From Nemertoderma westbladi (Eukaryota; Animalia; Xenacoelomorpha): 47,604 nucleotides of DNA. Each line of letters opens with the position of its first letter. Within the stretch, counting starts at the first letter, position 1. The position numbers were made by a program, and so were the translations under genes. Below the pieces are notes generated by a model. The model saw only the letters and a list, made by a program, of their open reading frames with translations, was not told the DNA's origin and ran no database searches. Shown here piece by piece: positions 24,947-36,623 of the stretch. The stretch lies in NCBI GenBank assembly GCA_032718475.1, contig JAUCBJ010003139.1, positions 1-47,604 of the forward strand. Reading direction: 5' to 3'.

Positions 24947-26169
24947 TGTTCGCGCTTTCAGACCTTTGGCAGTTTAACCCGCCAAATTAAGATGTCTTCT
25001 AGATATTAAATCGCTTTTTAGCCTATGACAAGTATTTGATTCACTACACTAGTCGAAACCAATCTGTGCACGACCATTCACCCGCTGGATATTCCCGGGA
25101 GATTGGGTTCGACGGTTTAATTTTATTGCTATGTAAGCCTAATGTATTATTCGACTGACAGTATTATATAATCTCTGACAATATTATTCACCTTCGGGAA
25201 TATTAACAGTTCCTTTAGGACGTGGCGCTTTATCTATATAAACAGAGTTATGACTTAAACTACTCACAACGATATGGCTTAATTATAATTCACATATATG
25301 GCGCATTCTTTAGGAAATGCTTCTTTAACAGACTCACTCATAAGCAATGCTGCACAATACTGCACACTAATCTGCCAATCTTCACTGATTTTAGTCACAT
25401 ATAAAAGGAACACAGACTGACTCATGTAGGGTCTATCAAATAACATTAGATTCACTTCAAACCACTTTAACATAAGTCACAATCGTTATTGGTAACCTTT
25501 CTCTCTTACCTTCGGTATATCAAGAATATTGGGTGTCGGGGTTATTTTTCGTTATTCCAATATAATAATTAATCAACCAATATAATGAATAACCGACAAC
25601 AAATAGCAGTACACAGTATTGATTGAGCAGGTAAATTTTAGCAGATTCAGCAGTTATTAAAAGCCGTGTGGTACGGTGTGTCAAATGCGGTGTGCATTAA
25701 AATGCGAGTTAAATGCGTTAAAGGATATATGTCCTTATAATTAAACCTACTAGTGTTGAGCTAAAAAGCAGAAAACATAAAACACTACAAAGCCGTTCTT
25801 TCGTGGCTTTGAAAAACTCGTGACTACTGCTCTATACGATGATACCAACTACCCTTATTCCACGAAGCTCCCGTTCAACACAGAGAAAGAGCAGTGAGAT
25901 AGGAAAATTTCAGTTCAGTAGCTCTGTGATAGGTCAAAATCAAGGCTAACTCAAATTCTATTGGGAGATACAAAAATAAGGCTATGACGCAACCTTCCTA
26001 GGCTAGTTGGCCGATTAAACAGAGCCCAGATGCCTGCGTACAGCAAATCAGCCAATAAGCTGGTAGCTTGCACTATTTTAGCTATCGATCCCCTTGAGAG
26101 TATTCTAGCGACCGGGGGGGAACTGGCCAACAAGGCAAACGAATCAGTTATCCCACAAAAGCTTTTACA
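24947..26169 (-). repeat. 3' LTR of BEL-B
   Basis: It matches 36624-37846 except for 6 substitutions found by eye (~99.5%). It is preceded on the minus strand by the PPT-like CTGGGAGCGG. Confidence 0.95.
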
Positions 26170-26179
26170 CCGCTCCCAG
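26170..26179 (-). promoter_or_regulatory. Polypurine tract of BEL-B
   Basis: The minus strand reads CTGGGAGCGG|TGT directly into the 3' LTR. Confidence 0.7.
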
Positions 26180-26247
26180 AAAATGGGATTTAAGTCTATA
26201 AAATATACAAAATCACAGTTTCTAAAATATAAAAATACTCTAAACAG

Positions 26248-27928
26248 TTAGTCTTTCTTGCGCGGACGGTGTTTACCCAGTTTTTTAAAGCTAGCAAGAG
26301 TCATTTTCTCTTTGGGGCGAGCCACTTTACGAGGAGGGCTGTAGCTCCTAGGCGAAGGGTGCAATATAATTGCATCAGAAGGTGCAGGGTTACGATCGGT
26401 ATACCCGCCGGTCGAAGTACCTGGTTGATTAATATCAACCTCAGTGGAGTGAGGTCTAACGGCCTTTAGAGCGCGTCTCAGGACAGCAGCTCCTACGGGT
26501 CCTTGACGGGTCGTCTGGACACTAGCGGTGGGTGGACCGTGAGTGGTAAGGAACTTTCTCGGTTTAATGGTTCTCTCCAGCTCGCGTTCTCGGGTTCGAT
26601 ATTCATATGGTCGTCGAGATATTTCCTGTAGTTCAGGATGCGAGTTCACAAAGATGTCGCCATACTCCGGGTCCAACACGCTTTATTAACTCATAACTTG
26701 GTACGCGTGTTTTCTGTTCAATCGACGCGAATAGGTAAGGATGGAACGCGTAAACTCCCTCGTAAGCTCGTCCAGGGTAATAGCGATGTCTGGATTCGCA
26801 ATGTAAATCTGCGTTCGCTTCCCAAGCTCGGATGTATCGCAGGGTGATCATCTCGTCTACGCTCTCTAAATCGCGATTAAAGGGACAATTGTAACTTTCG
26901 TGTCCTTTAAGTTGGCAGTAATGACATTGAGTCATAAATTGTGGGCAGACGGCAAATATATGAGAGTTATTAAGCCGGCAATAAGCACAATATATTTCCA
27001 TCATCGGTTGTTCGAGGAAATAGGAACAAGGTACGCTCGAGTCTAGAGGAGTGAAGTGGTCTCTCGATGCGCATAATCGACAACGTTTTCGGGAAATGTA
27101 GTTGGCGTGTCGATAATCGTACGCTGTGAGACGCTGTGGACCTTGATACCACTCTATGACATAATCAGTGTCACTGCTCCGAGAAGTTGTAGGCTGAATC
27201 GCTTCTGATTCCAAGCACACTGGTTCATCCTCCAGTTGTATAGACGAAGTGGGTGCGTCTGTCTCAGTAAGTGGATCCACTGTCTGTATTTCCACGACAG
27301 AATAACCTGTAGGTATTCGGGGTCTTTGTATAACAGATGAATGTGAGTTCTGTATACAAACGTCTTGAAACACGGCAAATCCAGCGCTACTCAGTTTCTC
27401 CGCAGCTGAGTCTCTAAGACTGAGCTTGGTCAGCGCGCGATCCTTGAACTGACTATCGACGTTACGGAACGGAGTCAGAAAGCGCCGGAAACATTCGAAA
27501 CGTATGAACTTATTGTGTTCGTCTAACTTGGCGAGTTTAGTTCCAAGTATTAACGGGTGAGCGCGTATGGTACGACTGCACACATCGGCTAGCCAACCGG
27601 CAAGTGCTGCGTTTTCAAAGATCGTGTATATAGCTAAGGAAGGGCGAAGTGGAACACTCATAAAGCTATATACTGCACCAGGCGCAGTTAATGGTCCGTC
27701 AAAATATAAATGAGAGTAATGATCTCCATATACCTGCTGGTAATTGATAGGATTTCTAACTTTGAAGTTCCATCCATATTCTTGAAAGGCAAGATGTCCG
27801 ATGGATGTCCGTTGTACTTTAGTAATGCCGCTGGGTGTATTGGCATACATAGTGCGAAAGAAACCTCGGCCTTTGGCCCAAGGAGCAATCAGCTGAGTAT
27901 CAACGAAAGGGTATGGAATGTTCTCCAT
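26248..27928 (-). CDS. BEL-B accessory protein with a Cys/His zinc-knuckle cluster (ORF 26633-27928, probably continued by overlapping ORF 26248-26679)
   Basis: The 431-aa ORF has CRLCASRDH...C and CAYCRLNNSHIFAVCPQFMTQCHYCQLKGHESYNCP. The 143-aa ORF ends in a basic tail (KKLGKHRPRKKD) about 70 nt before the PPT. Confidence 0.7.
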
Positions 27929-28793
27929 ATTCCTGTTGTATGCCTAATATGTTCTCCGACAGCGATGGTAGAGCAGAGGAAAAACTATCGCATTCAATGA
28001 AATTATGAAATACGACTTCAATAGGAGGATTGTTACATTCGAATACTATCCTCAACCGAATTTATCCCCCAGTGTGATGAGGTAAACACCAGCTCAAAGA
28101 TATGTTTGCCTCAGTTGTTCTACATAAGATTTATATCCCTAATCATTAAGGGAGGTGAACAACCAGATTTATGACACATAATGGTACCAGTTGTTCACAA
28201 ACTATCCGCGTGTCCTTTCAGTCCTTGTTTCACGGTTGTGGACTTGAGGAAATTAGGAAGTGGTTGATTATCTAATCAAGAACGAGAGGGTGGAAGTTGA
28301 TATCATAAATATCAACAGAATATGACATGGACAGGAGGTGCGGACACCAATATTAGCATCCAGATGAACAGTAAGGAATGGGAGGTTTAGTATTCGTTTC
28401 CCGAAGCTCCGAGCGCGTTGGGAAGAGAAGGTGAGGAGATTTATTAGGATGAGGTATGATTCATACCACGATACCACTATGATTGGTCGATCGATGAAGG
28501 GAGTAAAGAGGAGGAAGGATATAGGGTAGTATCCATAAGACACCACAATGGACAAGTTTTCCATCACGTCATCATTCATTCTTGTCTTTTAATTGTGACA
28601 CTGATCACAATAATTACAGGAAAACGATGAAGGAAGAGAAATTTACAGCCTCCCGAAGGAGACCGCCCGCGAGCACCCGTGCCCCGGGGAAAACTATTCA
28701 CATTATGGACCCTGGACATTAACATATGTCTCTTCTCCAGTGGTTCTCCTTTATTTGTCCGCATCAACCTTCTTCCATGTTCTATCCTTCGAG

Positions 28794-29148
28794 TTAATTT
28801 CGTATAGGGTTCTCGTGTTCTATTCTCGATTTATCGTTTCGACTCCGCTGGGCATGATATTTAAATAAAACCATTTCCCTTTCGGTGTCTACATCGTCCG
28901 TATCGTGTAAATCAATAGGATGACCAGTGGTCAAGAAGTCCATATACGTACCATTACGATGCGTGTAGCTTTCTATAATCCAATTCACGCGTAAGTTGCT
29001 CCTGGGACATTGGCGGTTCGATATAACGACCATCGTCCTCTGTAGTAGTTGGATCAGCGTCGCCGCGTATCAAGCTATCGACAAACGCTTGTAAAGGTAG
29101 AGTATATCTCTCCCTGATACCAAGATCATCTTCTATTAATTCAGTCAT
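28794..29148 (-). pseudogene. BEL-B copy of accessory ORF3 (frameshifted, then divergent)
   Basis: MTELIEDDLGIRERYTLPLQAFVDSLI... and YTHRNGTYMDFLTTGHPIDLHDTDD... are nearly identical to ORF 43115-43924. Confidence 0.85.
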
Positions 29149-29639
29149 ATCTGCTATACAAGTTCACCAATATTATAATGAGTTTATATATCGTTAGGCG
29201 AGCGGGCGTCGCTGCCTATTTCTCCCTTGCCCCCGGACAGTAGGAGATTCTCAGCGCCGATGTACCGCTGTAGCTGTACTTTCGCCAACGACGTAGCCGT
29301 ACAACGACAACGACAACCGGCACAAGTCACTCCACTGTCCGTCCCAAAGGCTTAGATGTACTTCAGGTATTCCTTGGAGAGTTAGGTTATTTTTACGATT
29401 GCGACTAGCTACTGTAAACACACTTTAGCAGTAACATTCACCTATAAACTCACAAATACCACACAACTGGTCACAACTACGCACATTCGGGCCATTTGTC
29501 CGTTAGTCAATGCCTTCCAGAATGTCACTGTATTATTATGTATCCTTGGATACTAGCAGTGCGCTATTTATTCCCTATGCTATTCAATGGGACAAGCTTT
29601 CTATTGTTCGTTTAACTCAATTCTAATTCTAGCGTGGTT

Positions 29640-29653
29640 GTTGCTATGGTGAC
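29640..29653 (-). promoter_or_regulatory. RFX X-box motif (GTCACCATAGCAAC) upstream of accessory ORF3 in B
   Basis: It fits the GTNRCC-AT-RGYAAC consensus and is conserved in A at 42613. Confidence 0.5.
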
Positions 29654-30788
29654 ATTATGAAAAGCTAGCGGTAGAATTAGGGTGATTCCAATGCATACAG
29701 ATAAGGGATGTTATTTAATAGTAATTCTTTAATAGCCAATGTCCTGTTTATACATGACTTTACGAATTTTATCGGCTATTAACTATGTTTGGGAGACTTT
29801 CGTACACGCATACGCATAATAATATAAATCTCCGCTCCCTTGATCTATTAATTAATGGAATTTTGGGAATCGCGTAAAATGGCAATTTATTAAATTCATT
29901 AAAAGACATGAATTTAAATTTATTCCCTGAAATTTTATTATTTGATAACTAAATGGGCATATTTTGATTCTAGAACATGTCTAGGGACACCAGATCCTTA
30001 ATTCTAAGAAAATTGTCTCTTTAAGAATATCGGTAAATGCTACGATATCTTAATTGACTAGAATTGTTGAAGGATCTGAATTTTACAGATTTTGACTTAT
30101 TTGATTTGTAAATATTAACTAATTAATATTTGAGATGGGCACCGATTTATTCCAGAACTTGTCTGGGGACGTTAACCACTGATTCTATAATTTGTCTTTC
30201 AAGTATATCGGTGGGTGCCACGATATCTTAATCGACTAGAATTACAGATGGTCAAAGGGTTTAACAGATTTATTTTGCGTTATACGCTACTGTTAAAGAG
30301 ACATCACGCTACTATATGTATTATTTAATATACGGTATGAGAGCAATATCGCACGAAGCAATGTCAGTGTGAAGAGGCAAGTCGTTTCCAAGGTCTACCC
30401 AGAGCTTGGTTTAGCCGAGACACGAGGATCTGAACTTTGCATTCCTAATACTCTGCCTACCAATAATACTAAAATATAGTAGTGGCTTTATTGTACTTTA
30501 ATAAGTACGGACATTTCATCTTACTGTAGTTACGTATTTATAATATAATACGGACAGTAAGGAAAGAGAAAAATAATTATTTCTTCGCCGTCGCACTAAA
30601 TATAATATAAGTAATTACTTACGTAATAAACACAAATATATTGCACTATTCTACAAAATAATCGCTAAATAATATTCTACGAAATTAAATAAAACGATTA
30701 TAATAAAATTACATGGTAATACATACATAAATATAAAAATAATAAAATAATATAAAATAATAGAGTCACACGCCCACTCCGAACGATA

Positions 30789-33700
30789 TTAAGTTGGGGA
30801 GTCCCTAGATGTCGGTTGGATTAGGGAAGTGGTCGTGGGAAGAGTTTCTTGCCTTCCATAGTTTCCGGAGAGCTCTCTGTCTCTTTCCAGTAAACATAAA
30901 CGACCCACTGGGCGATTGAGCTGTTGAGTCTCAAAGACTATCCCTGGTTTCTTAAAGTTCCGCCGCATGACGACGAGCTCTACTGATCGCACCAAACCAT
31001 CGCTCGAGATATAAGTCTCGATGATACGTCCTGTTTGCCATCGCTTACGTGGGAGATCGGGGTCCACAATAAGCACCATGTCTCCAGCGCTGACGTTTTC
31101 TTGCTGCGCAAACCACTTAGTTCGAAGTTGTAGAGTGGGCAGGTAATGTTTCTCGAAATGGTCAGCGAAACGACGGGATAGCAACTGCATAAGTTGCCAG
31201 GTTCGACGGCAGTACTCGTCTCCGTCTGTGATCTCCGATCGCGGGAGCATGGCTACGGGTTTCTTCAGTAGAAAGTGCGCGGGTGTTAGCACTTCCAGGG
31301 AATCAGGATTTGAAGAGACTGGCATAAGCGGTCTTTCATTGAGATAGGCGGCGATTTCCTCCATTAACGTCCGCAATAGTTCGTCGGTGAGATAAGCGCG
31401 ACAAGGTACAATAAAGTGGAACGCAGTCTTCACGCTCCTAATCAATCTCTCCCAACTTCCTCCCCACCAAGGGGCGTCGGCGGCGTTGAAGGTCCAGCTA
31501 GACGCTGTTATCCTTAGCTGATCGTCCACCTGTCTTTTGTTCCAGTCCTTTACGTAAGCTTGAATTTCGTTGTTGGCGCCAATGAAGTTCGTTCCCTTAT
31601 CCGATCTCATCGTGTTACTGGTTCCGAAGCGAGCAATCTGTCGTCGTAAACTCAACACGAAGCTGTTGGTGGATAGATCGTTTACCATATCGAGATGAAT
31701 GGCCCTACAAGTCATACAAACGAAGATGACACACCATCTCTTGACTATAGTCCGGGCACGATATACTTCAATAGGGCCAAATAAATCCACACCGGTATTA
31801 GTAAAGGGTGGTTCATAGAAGCTTACTCTTTCCCTAGGTAATTCTGCCTCTCGCTGTGTCAAAGGCCTACTGAATGCTTTCCTACAGGGTATGCAGTTCC
31901 TAAGAACTTGGTTCAGAGCCCTACGGGGTTTATAAAAATAGTAGCGAGTTCGAATTTCGCTCAGAACTCGTTCTCTACCAGCATGATACAGTTTGCTATG
32001 AACATCCACAATTATCTTGATTTGTATATCAAGATTTCTAATGAGTATGGGAAATTTAGTGTCAAAGGATAACGGGGCGTTGGTGAGCCGACCTCCAACA
32101 CGTATTAACCTATCTATCATGGTACTAGAGAAGCGATCCCTTAAGCGCATCTGTGGATTTCTTAACAACAGGAAATACTTATCGGAATCCTCATAGCATT
32201 GTAGGAGTCTCAGCATCTGTTTGTTGGTTTCATCATGCTCCTGGTAACTGATCTTCTCCTTTAGAAACCTGTCGGATATCTTGTATTTGGGAAGATCTTT
32301 AACAACATGGACTCGTGCAGATGTTGATGGAGCATCATCACTATTGGTCTTCGTTCCGGAGTAACGATGATGAAAACATCGTTTCAAATAGGTAACAGCT
32401 TTACAGAGCCGATTCCAGGAACTGTAGTGACGTATCGCTCTCTGCAAGAGAGGTGAGAGTCCTTGCGAAATATCTGGTATTCCAGATTTCCAATCCTTGT
32501 CACGGATTTCCAAGACTTCTTTAGTCGTGGCGGTGGGTTTCTGATCCAAAGCATCCTCTCCGGAAGTAAATAATACAGATAGATCAACCGCAGGTTTAAA
32601 CAACTTCGATTTACTCGCTCGAGTTTTGGGTTTAACTTTCTCCGCTCCCTTGGCCTGTCTGATCTCTGCTGTTGTGAGATGAGGAGGCCATTCTTCTTCT
32701 TCCCTGTAGAGAAAGTCGGGTCCTCCTAACCATTCGGGAGTATTTACCAATTCTTTTGGAGTCGCTCCTCGGGACGCGATGTCTGCTGGATTAATCGTTC
32801 AGGGGCAATGTCTCCATTGGTCCATCGTCGTGCGACTAAGTATGATGGCTACCCTGTTGGTAACGAAGACGCTGAACTGACAGACTTCATTGGTTATATA
32901 CTCTAACACGAGTAAAGCGTCGGTCCAATAGACAGTTTTCTCTAATGGATAGTCAATCTGTTCGGTTACATTCCGGCCGATGGCTGTAGCGTATAGAGCC
33001 GCCTTTAACTCCGCTCGAGGAACTTTCAACTTGTTGTTGATTAATGCCTTAGAAGTAACCAAGGCGACTTTGATTCCATCCGGAGTTTCCACTCTTAGGT
33101 AGGCTACTATACCGATTCCCATATCGCTGGTGTCTCCAAACACATGGAGTTGATAGGAATACGTAGGGAGAACATGACCAAAATATGAACGGGAAATTAT
33201 AAAATCTTCGATAGCCGGCAGAGAATCTTCCCATTCCATCCACTTCTTCAATAATTCTCCCTTAAGTGGATCGTCCCATGAGTGGTTTTCAAGCCACATT
33301 TGTTGTACCAAACTACGAGCAATCAATATAACTGGGCTAATAAATCCCAATGGATCGAAATAAGTGCTCAGTATACTTAAGCAAATCCATTTGGTTCGAA
33401 CTGGATTATCTCGCTGTTTTAGTTGGAAAAACAGGATATCTCTCTCTGTGTCCCATTTCAAGCCGAGTGTCTTGGTCTCTGGCAGATCATCTTTGATCAA
33501 GTCGAGATCTTTCGCTCCTCGATCTTCCGCAGGGATCGACTCCAGAAACTCACGGGAGTTGCTGGTGAATTTCGTTAATCGAAACCCACCTCTTTTTAAG
33601 CACTCTACCGTTCCTTTAGCGACCTCAATGGCTTCCTCAACTGATGGAAGGGACTTCAGATTGTCGTCCATGTATATGTCTCTCTTGATGTTGTCGATCA

Positions 33701-33956
33701 CTTCCTTAGAGAAGGCCTCTCTGTTGTCCTCTGCAGTAGTACGCACTACCGAACAGGCATTGGAAGGGCTTGAGATTATCCCAAAGGCCTGGATGGTCAT
33801 CCAGTACTCCACCGGTTTCTGGTTGAGGTCTCCTTCGGGCCACCACAGAAATCGTAGACTATCTCGATCCCTATCTAACACCTTGACTTGTAAGAACATG
33901 CCTTCTATATCGGAGGCGAAAGCAATCGAATATTGTCTCAATCTTAAAAGAATTCT
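30789..33956 (-). pseudogene. pol: BEL-B pol: partial RT, RNase H, integrase and DUF5641-like tail
   Basis: RT motifs SDIEGMFLQV and IYMDD; RNase H motifs LHVFGD, PRAEL and YWTDA; integrase motifs H-H-C-C, GVDLFGP, SDKGTNF and GGSWERLIRSVK. There is one in-frame stop at 32799-32801. Confidence 0.92.
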
Positions 33957-33961
33957 ATAAC

Positions 33962-34354
33962 TCAATAACCAATCAATAACCTAGTGAGTACGGCTGCAGG
34001 AAGGATGAGAAGGGGATCCGAATAAACCGCATCCATCATCTTTGCTCCGCGTTCTGGTGTCAGTTCTACAGTATCCTCACTACTGGAGCTGTTGGGCCGT
34101 TGAGAAGTAAGTACTTGGCTCGCGGGTTGTTGCTGTTCTGCTGCTTCTTGGTCCCGCTTGACCTGAGCTCGAGTGCCTATGATAGACCTACGATGTTGGA
34201 CTAGCCTAGGTTCTGTTATTACTACTGGAGGGATGACCTTCCTCACAGTGGGAGGTGAACTGAACTTACGACCAGACGGTTGTACGTCTCTATCTGAGTC
34301 GCAGATAGTTACATCTAATAAACTGTCTGACAGGTTCTGCTTAGTATCAGACAT
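33962..34354 (-). pseudogene. gag: BEL-B gag N-terminus, truncated by a ~4.4-kb deletion
   Basis: MSDTKQNLSDSLL... is homologous to the first ~130 aa of ORF 20570. Confidence 0.9.
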
Positions 34355-35679
34355 GACTATGTATACCGTTGAATGTCTACTGCTGTATTACAGTCTGAGC
34401 AAGTCTAGTAACTCAGTATTAACTGCTAGCCTAATAATTAATTACCGGTACTGCTACTCAGTGTAGCGTGATATATAATATATTAGAATACCGGTATGCT
34501 TATAGTATATATAACTATTATTACAGACTAGGTTTATCACCGAATACCGGTATAATTTTAGCACAAATATATATAAATATATAATAGGCCTATCGTGGAT
34601 ACCGGTATGCAGTTTACACTTATAGTGTATATATATAAGTATAATTACAGACTAGAATCAATTACAGAATACCGGTATGATTTCAACCTAAAATTTATAG
34701 AAATAAATATAATAAGCCTATTGTAAATACCGGTATGTCAATTATTTTAGAATAATTGAATTTCTGAACTTTAGGGTTACTTGGTTACTTTAACTTACTT
34801 TATTACCGTTATTTAAGCAGTAGTCCAACTGATATTGAGACCTAATTGTTATATGGTAGGCCTACTATTTATAAATCGTTAGATTTGATTTATAATATAT
34901 ATATACCCGTTTGAATGGGTTTAGCCAATGTTTGAAATAAATGTTATTATTTCTGGGGTAATCACTACACAAAGCGGTACGCTTTCAGTGAAGTGTTACG
35001 TATAGGACACTAAAACAAATAATTCTAATTTACCTAAGTTACTTAATACTACAAATTACGTACAATTCGGGTGAGATTACAATCTCTAAATAAACACAAA
35101 AATTTACAAAAAACACAAAATACGAATTTTTAGGGTAATTTTACAAGAAGTCTACAAACCAGCCTAACAAAGGGTTAGAATTCTGGTTATTACAACGGAC
35201 AGGGTACTACGGTATTTGAAATAATAAGTAGTAGTAAATACACTGCGTTGTCCAGATAGAAAAATACCACCGCCTGACGACCTATAGCCGTATCGCTATA
35301 GGTACTACGTTATGTATCACGGAGTGTTCCTACCTAGAAGTTAATTACCGCGGACTACCAGATCCAACGTGCCTATCAACCACTTTACAACACAAATATA
35401 ATGCCTACACTAATTACTTTCGGAAAGCACTGTACACTAAACCCTAAATTAGGTACGAGTACTTGTATAACAGATAATCAGTAGTTAAATATACTTGAAC
35501 AGCTAAAAGAACCACGGCATCTGCTGGAGTGAACGATGCACAAAATCACCAGTCTTTACCTACGCCAAGCAGCCCGTGTAGTACCGGGGTTAATTTAACT
35601 ATAGCGGTATGTATAACAAACACAATTACTGTAGGAACAAACTTGGGGAATGAATGTTGCGAATAATCGCATAAACTCT

Positions 35680-36251
35680 GAATAATAAATATTACGCGAC
35701 GCGTACAAACTACTCAAACAAAATGCAGACCGAACACTGACAGACTACCATCAAGCCTAAACAAACTACAGGACATGCAGACTCCGAAATGATTAGGGAG
35801 TATGCGTTCTAACCCAGTAGTACGACTTATTCTTTAGTTGGGGGTTTACCTTACAGCGTTCGCTGCCCCTACTTCCTAACCGTACTTAATCGGACAAGTG
35901 ATCTACACACGCTGCAATCCGCTCAGGCCTAATAACAGCCAGACAACTATCCAGCCTACAAATTATCTAAATAAAATTATACGCTACCCGTACAGACTTA
36001 CACAAACAAAGTACAGACTAAACGATGACAGACTACTCTCAAGCCTAAATAAACTACAGGACATGCAGACTCCGAAATGATTAGGGAGTATGCGTTCTAA
36101 CCCAGTAGTACGACTTATTCTTTAGTTGGGGGTTTACCTTACAGCATTCGCTGCCCCTACTTCCTAACCGTACTTAATCGGACAGGTGATCTACACACAC
36201 TGCAATTCGTTCGGACTTAACAGCAATCAGACAACAGCTCAGCCTACAAAT
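35680..36251. repeat. ~288-bp tandem duplication in the BEL-B 5' leader
   Basis: GACAGACTAC..AAGCCTAAA.AAACTACAGGACATGCAGACTCCG occurs at 35739 and 36027. A has a single copy. Confidence 0.85.
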
Positions 36252-36611
36252 CGTCTGTACAATCTGATCAGGTTTACACGCCTTCTGTTCAATACTGGCC
36301 TACAAATAAATAAAACTTGACAGAAATAAGTAAACCATATAAAGGAGTAAGGGGTGATCAATCCCTAATCCCTTAAACAGCCTACCGGTATACAACAATC
36401 AAATCGAATAATACTAGTGTACTTATACGGAAGTACCGGTTAGGACAGCTAGGCCTACGGACCTACAGAAGTACCGGTTCTGGCAGTTGGGCCTACTGAC
36501 CTACGGCAGTACCGGTTCTGGCGGTTGGGCCTACTGACCTACAGATGTACCGGTTCAGGTTTACCGGTTGACCGGTACTTTCAACTTTATTGCTTACTGC
36601 AATAAAGAAGC

Positions 36612-36623
36612 TATATCCTTTAA
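36612..36623 (-). promoter_or_regulatory. Non-tRNA primer-binding site of BEL-B (TTAAAGGATATA)
   Basis: It abuts the 5' LTR, has no TGG and is the exact 12-nt complement of the LTR site at 37395-37406. Confidence 0.7.

Noticed and set aside
26248-29148. env gene in the third-ORF position
   Set aside because: No signal peptide, transmembrane anchor or fusion-protein features are visible; the proteins look soluble and nuclear.
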